Source of the DNA: Lophium mytilinum
Lineage: Eukaryota
Direction: 5' to 3'
DNA length: 64,000 bases
Assembly: GCA_010093605.1 (NCBI GenBank)
Contig: MU004181.1
Coordinates: forward strand, 1,054,001-1,118,000
Positions 11,298 to 25,065 of the stretch are shown here, in pieces. Positions within the stretch are counted from its first letter, which is position 1, and every line of letters begins with the position of its first letter. The position numbers and the translations under genes were made by a program. The notes beneath the pieces are model-generated. The model did no database searches, had not been told where the DNA came from, and worked only from the letters and a program-made list of their open reading frames with translations.

Positions 11298-14200
11298 CTA
11301 AGTCACCCAGGTCTTTGGCTTGCATATTTTCTTATGGCGCTTCCAATCTGCCTTCTGACAAGGCTTTGAGCAATACTTCATGTTCTGACAACGTCCACAC
11401 CTCATCAATGTTGTGCCAATTTCATCTGTCGTCTTGCGACAGAAGGCACACGCTTCAACATTTACCTTAGAGAGCTCACGGGATGTGCTATCCATGCCGG
11501 CCAACGCCTCGACATATGGGACTGGAAACACAGGAGATATTGCTACTCGGACGGCGTAGTCCTTGACCATGTCCCACTTTGGTACACCTTGAATGAAGCT
11601 TGATGGAAGCTTGCCATTTCCGCATGAGCAGATAACCTGTTTTCCGTGGGCGTAAGACGATGGAATTCGCTGCTGCGTCTTGTACTCGCATGTGGACAGG
11701 TGCTTCCAGGATCTACAGCGCTCAGCGAACGCCGGAATCGCGTGCTTCCATAGTTTGAGCTCATCGGCATTGACGTCGATGTTCCGGAAGTTTGCGTCCG
11801 CAGAAAGAGCAGCTATAAAGGGTCGAATGTTCTCACAGACGTTGTCTGTCAACACTAGCACAGCCCCGTCCAGCAATACCGTTGCGTTTGCCAGGTCGAG
11901 ACGCAGTGATTGTATGAAGAAAATGGCATGCAGACCACCATCTTCGGGCTGATTTATGCCAAAGATCCGCAAACGCCGTCCTTTAGGAACCGAGAAGTTC
12001 ATGAACATGGTAAAGAGAGAATCCTTGAAATTCGTTCTTAGATCGTCATGAACGGGAAAGAAAGCACCTGCTGACCTATTCTCTCGTTTCATCTGTCTCT
12101 CATTTGCCGAGAACATCATAGAGATATGAGTGACGAGCCACTGCATTTCCGCTTTTTTAGCAACGTCGAGGATCGGCAGGTAATCCGAAGAAGTGTACGG
12201 GACATTCCAAAGGACATCATTAGATTTTTCGGGGAACATGAGGTATACCATGTCCGGACGCTGAGCGAAGGCCGAAGGAACTAGAGCGGTTGCGACTACT
12301 TCAACATATGAGGATTTGCGTGCAATACGTACACGGCAGCGAGATTCCAGCACTGGGATAGGAAACCGGAATAGATACCTCCGGGGGCTTTCTCCGATAG
12401 TCAAGTTGATGTTGAAAGAAGATTGTTGATGAATCTGCACGAGAGCACCTCCGGTAAGCAAAGATTTATGGTCAGCAAAGATGATATCGAGATGAGCCGT
12501 GATATTACTGAGGCTTGCCGCACTCATAGTGGCTGTAAATACGACTCTGGGATCTTCAGAATTCCCTGGAACGGGCTTCGTTAGGACAGCTTCGGCTGTG
12601 GTACGGAAAGAAGAAGCCGAAGCTACAGACTGGCCTAAGTTGGGTAGAGAAGGAAGGCCAGATAGGTTTGGGGCATGCTTGGTTACGAAAACGTGATCTT
12701 TGTCCCCAAGTGTCGTCTGATACACGTTCAGGCGGTCTCCTAAGGCGCGGACAAAGGTTGGGGTCGATAGCGGAGTGCTGACAACACCAAACGAGACAAG
12801 TGTTTTGTGGAAATCTCTCACAACGAACCAAGTTGGCGCCAAGAAAGACACAAGCACTGGCTCTTTTCCAGACCAGCCTCGATCGTCTTCGGTAATGCGA
12901 AGGCGGAAGTCGTCATCGTCTCTGCTTCCAGATGAGCTCATTGTCCCAAAAGACATATTCAAGGCCGAAAAGCTATTAGTGAGGCGGTCCAAAGAGTTCA
13001 AAGTGCATCGAACAGGTGGTGTGCTTAATTCCCGCTTTGAAAGGCTCGTGAAGACCCCAAGTTTAGAGCAGGGCACTTTCAAAGTGATACATACGACCGG
13101 AGGGACATCCTTCCACAGACATGGGCCGATCGGCACCCCTGCCGTCTGGTGCATTCTGGGGTTTGGCAAGTACGTCGTATTATGATGCACCCCAAAGACG
13201 TACAAATAGACGAAGAGCTCTTGGAGGTAGTTCCTCCCAAACATCAGTGTCTGATCTTCCGAGATTTTCTGGATAAGCTTGTTCATCATATTGCTCCAAT
13301 CCGTCTCGATCCTCTCGCGAAGAAATCGAAGGAGCAGAGCAAAGCTCCCTCGATTGTGTTGCACCTTCGAGCTGTTCTGGAGCGTATAATTGATGGATTT
13401 CTGGCTGATCAAACTTGCCATCATAGCGGCGTGGTCTTCATTGCGAAACATCGCTAGGTATGTGTTGCAGAGTAGCCGCGATAGCTCCAGAGGATCAACA
13501 TGCATTCTATGATCATGCCAGGCTCGCGTAAAGTCGGACGTTGGGCAGTGTTTCAAGGCCATTTTCGAACGTAGTTGGCGGGCAGACCCACTCTGCATCT
13601 TTGTGATGGAGCTAAATGAGTCAACAGTGTGATCAATCGTCGTTCCGAGCTCTGAGACATTGGTCCAGTATTCTACAGGTAGTACCCCAAACAGAAACGC
13701 GATTGTCTGGAAATTCCCACATAGAAGCGCATTGACCGTCTCCTCCGTGGTCTCTTGATGCCGAAGTGATGTTTCCACGTAGAGAGTCGAGCATGGCGAT
13801 TTGGAGAGAATGGGAACGGCGGCCACGAGTAGATTCACTGCGCCGACATGGTCGGCAAGGTTTGAGGTGTCGACAACGTCGAAGGTGACTGGGGCAGTTC
13901 CATGTGCGCCGTAGGAAACTGGGTCCAAGATAATTGGCTTGGAATGCCACATGTCATGATACCAGTTGTTGTTATCATCTCGATGCAAAGTATGACAAAA
14001 TGCCATCGCATCTCCGGCGAAGAAGCGAAAGCATAACTTCTTCTTGATACTGATTTGGAATGCTGTGACCCACGAGTAGAATTCAGTCTTTGCGCTCTGG
14101 ACCACTATTCCGGTTTGGGGTATTCCGTCATTCATTGGACGGAGAGGGGAATCATTAGTCAAGGGTGCGTATGCCGTTGCGAGATGGAAGCCAGTTATGG

Positions 14201-15058
14201 GATTTGTCCCATAGTGAATGGTGGCGTTATCGGAAGCCGTCGAGGAAAATGTCGGGTTTGGATGTGTCGAAGCCGTGATACGCTTGCTGTCTGTCGTCGT
14301 TACGCCAAATCTCCAGAAGTCTGCATGGACTTGAGAAACCTCTCTGACAGCTTGAATACTTAGTGGTCCTGCGGAGCGCACTGCTGTTACATTGGGTCCT
14401 GTACCCATGTCCAGGTCTGTAGCAAGGCTCAATTCGGTTTCGAAACGCTTTCTGTGGTGCGCCTTTGTTTTTGCATTCCCATCCGAATCAGCCCACTTGT
14501 TCCAGATCGCCTTGACGCCACTAATGGTATTCGCGTCACAAAATTTGAGAAACCGGCCGTATTTGCTATCATGCCAGTGGTCGAGCGTACTTGCAGCTGC
14601 CAGTAGCTTTTGCGATTGAAACAATAGGGAGGCAAGTGATTCATCGTCGAGATAGAAGTGGTAGTAGATGTTCCACAGTGTTTCATCTCGTACCCCGACG
14701 TCATCTTCCGAGATCATAGTGAACAGCAAGACATTCCGCGCTAAATCAAGGAAGTCAGAAATGCTCAGAAAGTGAATATAAGAGTACGTACCGATGATCG
14801 CTGCTTCAATGTCGCAGCAGGTGAAGTCGAGAGTCTGATGGTCTAATTGTAGTTAGATAATGGTTCATATGAATCGTCACATAGCTTACCATTGTTTTGA
14901 TTCATGTATGCAGTAAACAGAATGCTTCGGACATCTCCGCAGCCAAGTAGTAGAACATCCACGCTCTGCTCTGGAGGGATACTCTGAGTTAAAAAAGCTG
15001 CAGGCGTGTTGCCAATAGGGTAGAAGAAAGACAAGAGGTTGATATGTGCCGCTTGCAT
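11298..15058 (-). CDS. DUF4470 (methyltransferase-like) domain protein with C-terminal MYND zinc finger
   Basis: Exons 15058-14890, 14842-14792, 14740-11298. FFYPIGNTPA, LLLGCGDVRSIL, DFTCCDIE..IIARN, FDVVDTSNLADH; MYND CxxC..CxxC..YCSKPCQKADWKRHKKIC. Confidence 0.92.
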
Positions 15059-15536
15059 GCTGACGGAGTTTCGGACTTGGATATTTGTTCTAGCAATGGC
15101 GTGCTCCAGGTTAGCATCTATGTTGGAGGGGTGGCGGACATATGTAGGAAACGTGAAATGTTTGGTGAAGGCGAAGCAAAGGGGAGATGAAGCAGTGAGT
15201 AGACGCAAGTAGAAGATGCGGCTGGTGCGCGTACCCGTTACATACATATGCTTCACACGAACAAATAACTGCAGTCAAGGAAAAGCGTGGTAGCTTACTA
15301 TTAACATTCTCGGGAGACAGCATCTCTACCAGTCTGGACATGTCTACCCCTACGGCTAGAAGGTTATAGAGAGCGTAAGTGATAATAATTAAGCCTGGAA
15401 TTGGATGATCAAGACATAATTACTGCGTCTTTCGTTCTCCCCAATACATCTCTCTTTCGAATTCCATGGGTTGCCATAATGATACTCTCTTCTTTCCGCC
15501 ATTGACACCCAGTCCGTTCCATTCGAGGATTAAGTC

Positions 15537-18500
15537 TTTTTTGTCATTTTGCCTAAGCTATAGAGTGACTATGGCTAAGCCGTACAAGGAGAGGTTGCAC
15601 TAAAGCACCCGAAAGAAGGGGATTTACACCCCACCGCTCCAAACGTTGGTGTTTCGGTCCTACTCTGCTTAACCGCAATAGAAAGGTGCGCCTGTATTAG
15701 AGAGAGGCCATTAAACTAAGTATATGTAATAAAACTAATAACCTATTTACCTATAAACTTTCTATATCCGCTAAACCTTCTATATCTTCTATACTTTCCA
15801 AGCCTTTACTATTACTGTCGCTGTTATTATTATTAAGCAGGCACGCCGGCCTAAGTTAATGCTTAATTTCTCTTAGGTTCTGTCCCTATATTAGCTTAAA
15901 GGTTTCCTTATTATTCTCTTTACTTCTATAGCGCTTAGCTATGCTTAATATTTAATCTACTATAATTTACTTAAGTATTACCTTATAGTAATAGGTGCGT
16001 GCCGCTATAGGGTCCTAGTATTAGTTCTATATCTTAAAAGAGAAGCTTAGGTAGGCTTTCTATAAGCACTACACAGCATTTTAAAATAGGGTAAGCTATT
16101 ATCTTACACCCGCTTTTAATAGTTAGGGTGTTATAATTATAAAGATAACTAGCTTATTAAGATCTTAGAGTACTATAAATAGTATATTAGCATCTAGGCG
16201 GTTTTATATAGCGTAAGCTTCCGCCTATACTATAGTTACTACTATATATTTATACTATATATATTTTATTATTAGGTTAACGCGGTAGATAGAGTAGAAC
16301 TAGAGTTATTCCTCTATCTAGTCTAGCCGGCTACCTGTATGTACTCTACTATAAAGTAGGCGCTAGAAAAGGTTGCTAACTTTTAGTACTAATAACGCAC
16401 TATATACTAGCCGCTATAGCTTTTAGAGTTATATATCTAGTTATATATTCTACTTATAGGTATCTCTAGAACCTTAGATATAGTAGCTAAAGTTATATCT
16501 CTTTAGGCGTTTATCTAGCATAATTTTATAGGCCTTTCTATACGTTATTTTAGCTAGAGGAGATCCATCTTAAAGCTTAAATTCCGGGCGTACTTAGTCT
16601 AGCGGGTACTAGTGTCTTATAGTTCCTATCTTAAGCGCTATTTTCTATGCCTTAGGTAGTAATATAATTAGGCGTGTAATAGCTATTTTATACTATTACT
16701 ATTATATATTAGTTATCCCTTATAGAATTATTAGTATCTCTTTATAGGCGTTTTAAATATCCCCTAGATATCTAGCTCTATACTTCTATAGTGCCTTCTA
16801 TACACCTACTCCCTATCTTATTATACCTATTCCGGGGGCTAGCTAGCTAATAATATTATAGTACTAGATATATAAGTTAAGAGCTTCTATACAGGTTTCT
16901 AGTAGTACTATTCTAATAAACTTATCTCTCTAGAATCTAGGTCTATTTATACCCTTCTATCTAAGCTAGAAGCTATTAAGTTCTAGTAATAAATTCTAAA
17001 TATTTAGAAGGTGTTAGAACTAAGGCGTAAGTATAGCTTTATAGAGGATAGTCTACTAGGTAGATAAGGCGTATATAAAAATATCTTTATATAGGGTAAC
17101 CTAAGGTAGTATTAGTTAGGTAATAAATCTTTATACTAGGGCTACTATTAAGGTATTAGCTATTATTTATAGGTCTATATAACCTATACTACCTTAGTCT
17201 AGCCCGCTGTAGGCGTATAGGTTATTAATTATGCCGCACGCTTTATCGTTCTATATTAGGCAGTAGTACTCCTTCTCTATCTTTTAGTGGTCTAAGACTA
17301 TAATAGTTAAGAATTAGAGCGCGTATCTAGGTAGGGATATTATAAGGGTATTTATAATAAGCACCTGTTCTTTTATTAATATATAGAACTAGAGCTAATA
17401 GGCTATAATTATTTAGAACTTTAGAATTATTTTACTCTAGAACACCTCTAGCTGCTATTTTATATTAATTCTAACTAGTATCCCTAAGTGCGCGTAGGGG
17501 TTTTCTAGTAATACCGGCTAGATATCTAGCAATTATATGCCCGTTAGACATACTTCTAGCAGGAGTGTCTTTTTTTAATTTACTTTAGCACCTAAGGCGC
17601 GTTTATAGCGTACTAGGAGCTCTATTAGAGTATCTACTTTCTACTAGCTATAGAGAATTACTACTGTATTATCTATATACAGCATGGTTTTTAGATAAAG
17701 GGTATTAATCTAAACGCCGCTTATGTGTAGGTCCTATAGGATACTTTATGCGAGGCCTTCTATTATAATTAGAAATAGTAGGTAGCTAAGTAGATTGCCT
17801 TATTATACGCCGTAGAGAATATAGATAATCTAGCTAAGGTACCCGTTTATATAGACCTTTAGTTTTGCACCTTAGTATAGTACTTATACCTAGGTAATAA
17901 AGCGCTATAGAATACTAATATATTATATTATTACCTATATATACTTATAGCTAACTTAGTTATATACTTTCTCCTAGTCTAAGAATAGAATAGCTAGAGG
18001 TTTATTTAAGGGGCGGTATTTTATAATTAGATACTAGATTATCCTTATATTATTATTAATAAGTTAGTTAGGTAAGAAGGTAGATTAGTATACTCTAATC
18101 GCCTTACCTAGTACCTTAACTAGACGTTATATAAGAATATCTATAAATAGCTTATAGTCTATATTTATAATTAATAGCGGGCGGTAATTTAGTAGTATCT
18201 AGTTATTACCCTTTTTAAATAGTATAGTTAATATACCTTCTATCTAAGACCCTAGCATTATATTACGCTGGAGGATTATATAGTATACCTCTATTAATTT
18301 AGCTATAATTAGTGGTAATAGTTTATTTCTATGCTGGTAAAGAAGAGCCTTATAAAACTCTGTAGGAAGTCTATCGCCGCCGGGTAACTTTTCTAGGGCC
18401 GCCCGTTTAATGGCCTTGCAGAGTTCCTTTTCTATTAGCACGCATATAAGCTAGTTAGCCTCTTCTAGACTTATATAGGTCTAGATATATAATAGAAGCT

Positions 18501-21500
18501 TCTTAACTTTATCTGCGTCTAATAGCTTTATACTATATAGATCTTTATAGAAGTCTATAGCTACTTCTATAATTTTAGTCCCGCTTATATATAGAATATT
18601 ATATTTATCTCTAAGGCCTTTAATTTTAGCTTACGCGTTATTATTTTAGGCTTTAGAGAAGAATAGTCTTATAGGTCTTTTATTAGTAAGTATATGCTTT
18701 ACCTGCGCGTTATATATATAGTTTTTATAGTGCTATTCTTCTAGGCACTCTTTTTAGGCGTTTACTGCCGCTATTCTATCTTTAAGCGCTAGGTTTATTA
18801 CTCCCGGGCGTTGTTTTTTCTAGAGTCTCTTACGCTTCCTCTCTAGTATCTATTTTAGGCGGAACCTAGATTTTACTAACTTCTATATTTTATTACTAAG
18901 GACTTCCTAAATAGTTTACTTATAGTCCTGCCATTCTATAACCGGGTTGTTTCCTAGCAGGCTTTCTAGAGCCTTAATATAAATTATTTAGATGCGCTTT
19001 ATCTTTATTATTATTAGACTTAGTTACTATCTACTAGGCCCTTAGTTAGTAGCTTTAGGTAGTTAGTATATAGTAATAGTAGTGTAGTAATCTATAGATA
19101 GCCCTATAGGCTTTAGGTCCTATTCTTTTATATTACGCAGCTAGTCTAACTAAATATAAATCCGGTCTATCCTTAATATGCTAACTTTATTTTAGTAGAA
19201 GGTAAAGGCTATAGTATTAGAGTTACTATATTACTACCTATCTACTATTTTACATTCTCCTTCTATAATCTTAATTAATCTATGCATTATAGTTATATTC
19301 TATGCGGGCGGGGTAAGAAGGTTATACTAATTAATCTTTCCGGCTATCTTGTTCTAATCTCCTTCTATTATGTTATAGCTAACGGGTAGGTTTACTGCTC
19401 TAATAGCGTATACTATCTAGATAAACTATAGAAGATAGTTAGTTTATTCCGCAGGGGGGTATATATTACTAATAATAATTTATATATTTTTACATTATAT
19501 ACTATAAATTAATAGGCGTCCTTCCGGGTTATTAAATAGGATATAGTCGCCGTTAATAGGGTTCTAGGACATAGTATTAGTATTAATAATAATAGTAATA
19601 CTATAGCCGCGCGAGCCCTCTTTTATACTTAACGCGATTTATAGAGCTAGAAAGTTATATTTATATTCTAAGTATAGCTTCTTAGTAAGAAGGGCTTCCT
19701 AGATTAGTATAATATTAGTCTTTTTACTTATTATTATTTGCGATAGTAATTTAAACCGGGTAGAGTCTTTAACTAACTAGATATTTTATAATACTATAGA
19801 CATTCTAAATATTAATTATAATAGGGTTTAGTTCCGCCGGCAGTAATATAAGTATACTGCAGGGGCTAACGTTTAAAGAGGCTGGAAGTAACGCTTTAAT
19901 AAGCTGGCTACACCCTAAAACCGGGTGGTTTCTTAGTAAGTTTTTATATATTGCGCACCTATTTAAGGTTAAGTCTACTATTCTAAACTTAGCTAGAAAT
20001 AGAGTTAAGTATCTAGGGTTTAGCTGCCCTAAGGAGACGCTAAACTAGTAGATATCTAGAATCTAGTTAACTACTATAATTATATTTCTAAACCAAATTC
20101 CGCGCATTTCTTGCACGCCTAGCTAGATCCCTATACCTTTTATCTTAAAAGACTTAACTATAGCTACTACTTCTATAATTTTAGCTATAGGGTATTCTAA
20201 GATATAGTTTAAAATAAATATATAGGCACCCCTACTCTTAAAGAGCTAGATATCTATAAGGTAGTTCTAGAGTAAAATTATTAAGCTAGAGAGTTTCTTA
20301 GCTACTTTACTATCCCTGCATTCTAGAATTTATCTATTAGTGTTGTGCCTAAAGGCTTATTAGACGTCGCCCAATACTATAAGGTCTATAACAGCGTCCG
20401 TAATATCTACTAGTTATAGTAGTGCTGCGCCTTATTCTCTTAGTTTCTATAGTAACCTAAGGAATAGATATCTACTATTAGTAAAGCGGACAGGTGCGTT
20501 AGATAGAACCCTACAGGCTGCCCTTTTAGTCTTAACTTTCTTAAAGCGTAGTAGTATTACTAGTATTTTTACTCTAGCTATAGCCTTTCCCTTACCTTTT
20601 TCTTTAGGCTTAGAGACTTCCGCTATAGCCGCTTTTTATTAAAGAACGCGTATAATAAAATTAGGGTTTAGTTAGTTTAGGTAGAGGTAGAGTTATTAAA
20701 GATATAGAGGGATAATTCTTAGGTCTATTCTATTTAGTAGCTCTAAAGGAGCTAAAGTAAAGCGGGAGCAGGGTAGAGGTACTAGTTAAATCTTATAGCG
20801 GAGGGGGGAGCTAAAGTCTAGTCTAGAGCGGCCGCGTTTAGCGCTCTATTATTAGGTTTACGTATATGCTCGTTCGCGTTTAATAGATAGAGTAGAGGCA
20901 GAGGAATCTAGAGTATATATTTTATACTAGGGGGATAGTAAGTATAGTATTAATAGAGTAGGTATTTAGAAGGGGGTAGCTTTTTCTTTATACTTAGTTT
21001 TAGCCTTTTTCTTTCTCTTTTTCTTTTTCTAGCGGACCGGCACCTTATTGCCCGGGGCAGTCCTTTTAATAGCTATAGAGGATAATTCTCTAGTATCTAG
21101 ATTACTACTAGAGTTACTATCTCTAGAGAGCCGCATTACTATTACTATTACTTTATTATCTTCTATATCTAGTAACCCGGGCGCTTCCTCTATTTTAGCG
21201 GGTGCCTCTTAGGGTGTTGCCCCGCTATTACTTATTACTATATCTTTAGCCGCCGCCTTTACTTTACCTTTCCCTTTCCCTTTAGTCTTATCTTTATTCT
21301 TATCTTTATCTTCTTTCTTTACCTTTTTATTTACCTTCTTATTAAGTTTACGTTATTTAGGTAAGGGGAGAATAAGGTTTAAGTAGTCTTTAGTCTAGTG
21401 TAGACTGTTGCATTTTTAATAAGGTTTAGAGGGAGAGAGTCCGGCTTTATAGTTAGCGGCTACTTTAGCACATTTAGTTTTCTTATGCTCGCGCTTTACT

Positions 21501-22030
21501 AATTTAACACTTTACTTACATGCCTTAGTATAGGCTTTTTAGTTAGTAAAGTCCTATATATTATCTATCTAGTTAAAGCGCTTACTAAGGCCTAAGTTAT
21601 TATTATTAAGGTTTATATTACTAGCTTCCGTGTTTAATTTAAGGATATAGTTAGAATTAGATTTAATAATAATAATATTCTTGCGGTTATCTATAGTGGA
21701 CGCTATAGAGGGGGATATACTATATAGTATATTATTAACTAGCTAATTTATACTATTAGAGGTGTCTAGTTATTCTATACTAGACGTAATAGTAGAACTA
21801 TCTATAGAAGTAGTAATAGGTATATTTAAAGGCATTTAAGTAGTTTAGTAATTAAAAGTTTTTAGTTATACTTATAATATTTATTTAGGTTTTATAGAAG
21901 ATTTACCGCGCTTAACCGTATATAGTTTCTTAAGCTAGGAGGAAGGGGCCTAGAAATCTAGTTGCACCGGGGAGTACTGCCACGTATTCTATAATACATC
22001 TATTTAGCGGCTAGAGGTGTGGTGGCCTTA
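15537..22030 (-). mobile_element. Apparently full-length non-LTR retrotransposon (LINE; ORF1 plus APE endonuclease-RT ORF2), inactivated by RIP
   Basis: Abrupt AT-rich block with abundant TpA and depleted CpA/TpG. Minus-strand relic motifs: I*EA (QE, ~19700), GD*N (~19365), RIDRIY (~19165), KLPGGDRLPTEFYKA (~18350-18395), NYRPLLIINIDYKL (~18150-18190), GV**GNLLSYLLF (~17775-17812), LYIDNT (YADD, ~17675), YAHLGI (~17490). Lys-rich ORF1 with a knuckle-like end near 19915-19960; T6 at 15537-15542 as a possible tail remnant. Boundaries are approximate. Confidence 0.9.
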
Positions 22031-23992
22031 TTATGCATCCTTGAGGATCGCTTCCAATTGGCGATTTCTCACCGCTCGTCGCCGACTCGGCCTTAGTGGT
22101 CAGGGGTACCCCATCTAGCGTGAACTAGGTGCGACCCAAGACCAGCCGAAGCTCCAGTCCGTTCCATTCGCTTCTGCCGGTTTGCATCGGAGTTCCACCT
22201 ACTTACATGAATGTTCTGGCGCCCATGTAGAAACGGCAATAGTCTTGTTAATGTGAGATGGATGCGGGGTGCTGCGTCGAAAAACGGGACGCGCAACGTT
22301 GTAAGAAGAACGATGCTCATGTGATGGCGCGTTTTGGGACTAGCTCAAACGCGCGTAGAATACCACACCTTTGATGTACATTTGTAAGTCCCTAGGCATC
22401 AACTTCACTTCTCTTCCAACCTACTTCTTCCTCCAACTTCTGCGCTTCCCTGACCATTACCCCATCTGCGTGCACGCGCTCCAGCCCATCGCCGTCCTGC
22501 CTCGGGATCAATGACGCAACCAGAAGTGGCTGTGGAGATTCGCGACCTCCAGGGTACCGTAGAAAAGCTCTAGCTAGAATAAATATCTTGGAGGCTTCCA
22601 TTGCATCGTAGCAGACATCTGTGAATTCGTCGGGTGCACTTATGTCTCAAGGCGCAGAGTGGAGCGCGCAATGGTACGTACTTCTGGGTTCTTTCTTCAT
22701 CAACGATGTGCTTATTCTTCGCTTTCAGGTTGCGTACTCACTACGAAAGAGGCTCCGCTTGTTCCGTAACGCAAATTGCGTTGTGGCGCGCCTATCGCGA
22801 AGCCGCCTGATGTGACGAGCATGCCCAACTCCAGTCTAGCAGAGACTTCATAAATAACGTTTCCAACACCTTTCCCGACGCGGCCGCCGTAGTCATCCAG
22901 ACAAGCACTGAAGAACGGGCCTGTCTTATTTGTGGTATTCGATCATGCGCCACTTCCGCAGCTCTATCGATACCTCCTTCAGGGGTGGCGTTTGTAAATC
23001 CACAACTGGCTGGAGCCTTGCAGAATAGATAAAGAAGAGAACCCCCAGAAGTCCAGAGTGAACCTAGTTCGAGGATAAGAGCGGCGGCGATGAATTCGGG
23101 GACTACCCTAAAATCTGGTATATCCCGGGCTGGGTGTAAGTAGGTCCTCGTGTCAACAGACATGAGACAATCCGGCTAGAATTCTGCACCTTAAAACGTG
23201 AGCTTCAAAGGCATTAACCCACGCTGTCGCACGAACTTTGCCTTCAGCGGCCAGCGACTACGATAGGCATGTTAGCTCTAACACGTGAGCTTAGGGCTGG
23301 CGGTTTTTTTGGCCATACATGAGTTTCTCTCCGCCCATGCAAACGTAGTTGTTGCGTTCCAGTCCTTGCCCAAGCAGGGCACCTGGTAATACTACTCCCG
23401 AGTTGTATGCAATTCCGTTGAGAAGACTTCTGCAAGATTCGATCTTTTCTAACAGCAACTCACTGAAGATCCACCGGGTGTCTGATCCTCAGGAACCCTC
23501 ATATGGCCTGTCCTCAGCACCATGTTCTCCTTCAATCAATCCGACCTCCCTTTTATGAGCCCCCGGATTCTCCGGCTTTCACATCCGGGAAGAGCTTGTG
23601 GACTTGATCTATGTTGTCTACCTCGCCAAGACTTGCATCCGTACCACTTATGTAACTGACGATTGAAAGGAATGCGAGGTAAGTAATATCGTGTCCCCCA
23701 GGTAGTTAGCCACATCTGACCTTTCAGCATTACCACAAATGCACAGAAGATCGCTTACATACCGCCCGCTATCTTACTCAAAAGCCATCTAATCAGGAGA
23801 AAGCGTTCTTCATTTAGACTGTCGAGTGGCTTATTATGAGTGTCTTAAAGCGTTAAAGAAAATGCAGAAGCTGATAAATGAGGATGAGATTGAAGCTGAG
23901 GGCATACACGACGATGACAACGACGTGGAGACGGAAAGAGACCACAAAGCTGTGGCCAGTATCGATAGACTGGAGAATGCTCGCAGAAATGT

Positions 23993-25065
23993 TCAGGATC
24001 TCAGGAGATCCAATCTTCTGTCAAGTCTCCACCTAACTCGGCTCCGCACCTCACCGACTCGGCTCCCTCCAGCACCGTTCACTTGTAGTACATCACCTTC
24101 CATCTCATAATTTCCGACATCGCTAGTCAGAGCCTTGTTACTCCTCAATTCATCCAACTTCACCTTGAGCCAAGCACCCTTCGGATTGCCCTCTTCCACC
24201 GCTTTCTTTACCCAGTCATCAAGTATATCACTTGTCCAATATCTAACACCCCAGGTGCGAGCTGTGTTCATGATATCAAACACAATGGTCCTATCACATC
24301 CGCCTTCCATCACCGCAAACCGCACCAGGTCTAGGCCAGGTGGCTTACCAAGGCGGCGGTTGTGATTGAAAAGATCTACTACGCTGTAATTTCTCGCAAG
24401 AATTGCCTACACATGATCAACATCGAGACACAAATCCAAAGCGGAAAGGAAGAATGTACCTCTTTTTTGCCTTGTACAGCAAGTCGGCGTGTCTCTTTAT
24501 CAGCCCAGTCCACCGTCATTGAGCTGGTCTGGATGAGGAAGCGAAGGAACTGCGTCTTCTCTTCTGTCCACGGGCCATGTAGAAGTTTAATAGGAATCCG
24601 ACATTTGATGTAGCTCAACTGGGGAAGATGTCCAATGGTGAACGGCATTGAGGCAGGGTCTGAGAACGCAGGCGGCCAAATGGGCGTGAAGCAATCGTCA
24701 TCGCCACATATACAGCCGACTTCCTCATAAGCTCTTGTGAGATATATCTTGAAGAAGTCCCATGTCATAAATCTACACGCGAATATGCGACTGGATCATT
24801 CCCATCAGCCTACTACATCATATTATCATGCATCATGTGCACCGGAGTTGAACGGAGGGACCCACGATTGAATCCTTGTTTGTCGAACACGATCCCCAAT
24901 GGGTACAGAGAGGTATGCTGAGCATATGCCTTGATAGCAATGGTTCGAGGCTAGCTTCGATGCGAGATGTGGAGAGGCGAGTGGGAGATCAAGATTCCAA
25001 AGGGAATGCTTGAAGATTTCCTCTAAAATCTCCGTAGGCAGGCGTTCCAAAGGAGCAAGAGGCAT
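23993..25065 (-). CDS. Conserved fungal protein with N-terminal F-box-like motif
   Basis: Exons 25065-24866, 24790-24460, 24406-23993 join in frame via GT-AG introns. Begins MPLAPLERLPTEILEEIF, followed by NLDLPLASPHLASKL and IPIKLLHGPWTEEK. Confidence 0.8.

Noticed and set aside
15600..15700. Hammerhead ribozyme (GAAAC on the minus strand)
   Set aside because: No CTGANGA core or NUH cleavage site in the right geometry.
15353..22015. CGGCTAGA at 15353-15360 and 22008-22015 as a target-site duplication
   Set aside because: Only 8 bp and about 180 bp away from the putative tail; could be chance.
21960..22060. U2 snRNA-like snippets (GCAGTACTCCCCGGTGCA on the minus strand, ATCGCTTC on the plus strand) at the LINE 5' flank
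   Set aside because: The matches are short and on opposite strands; the branch-pairing GTGTAGTA region and Sm site are absent.
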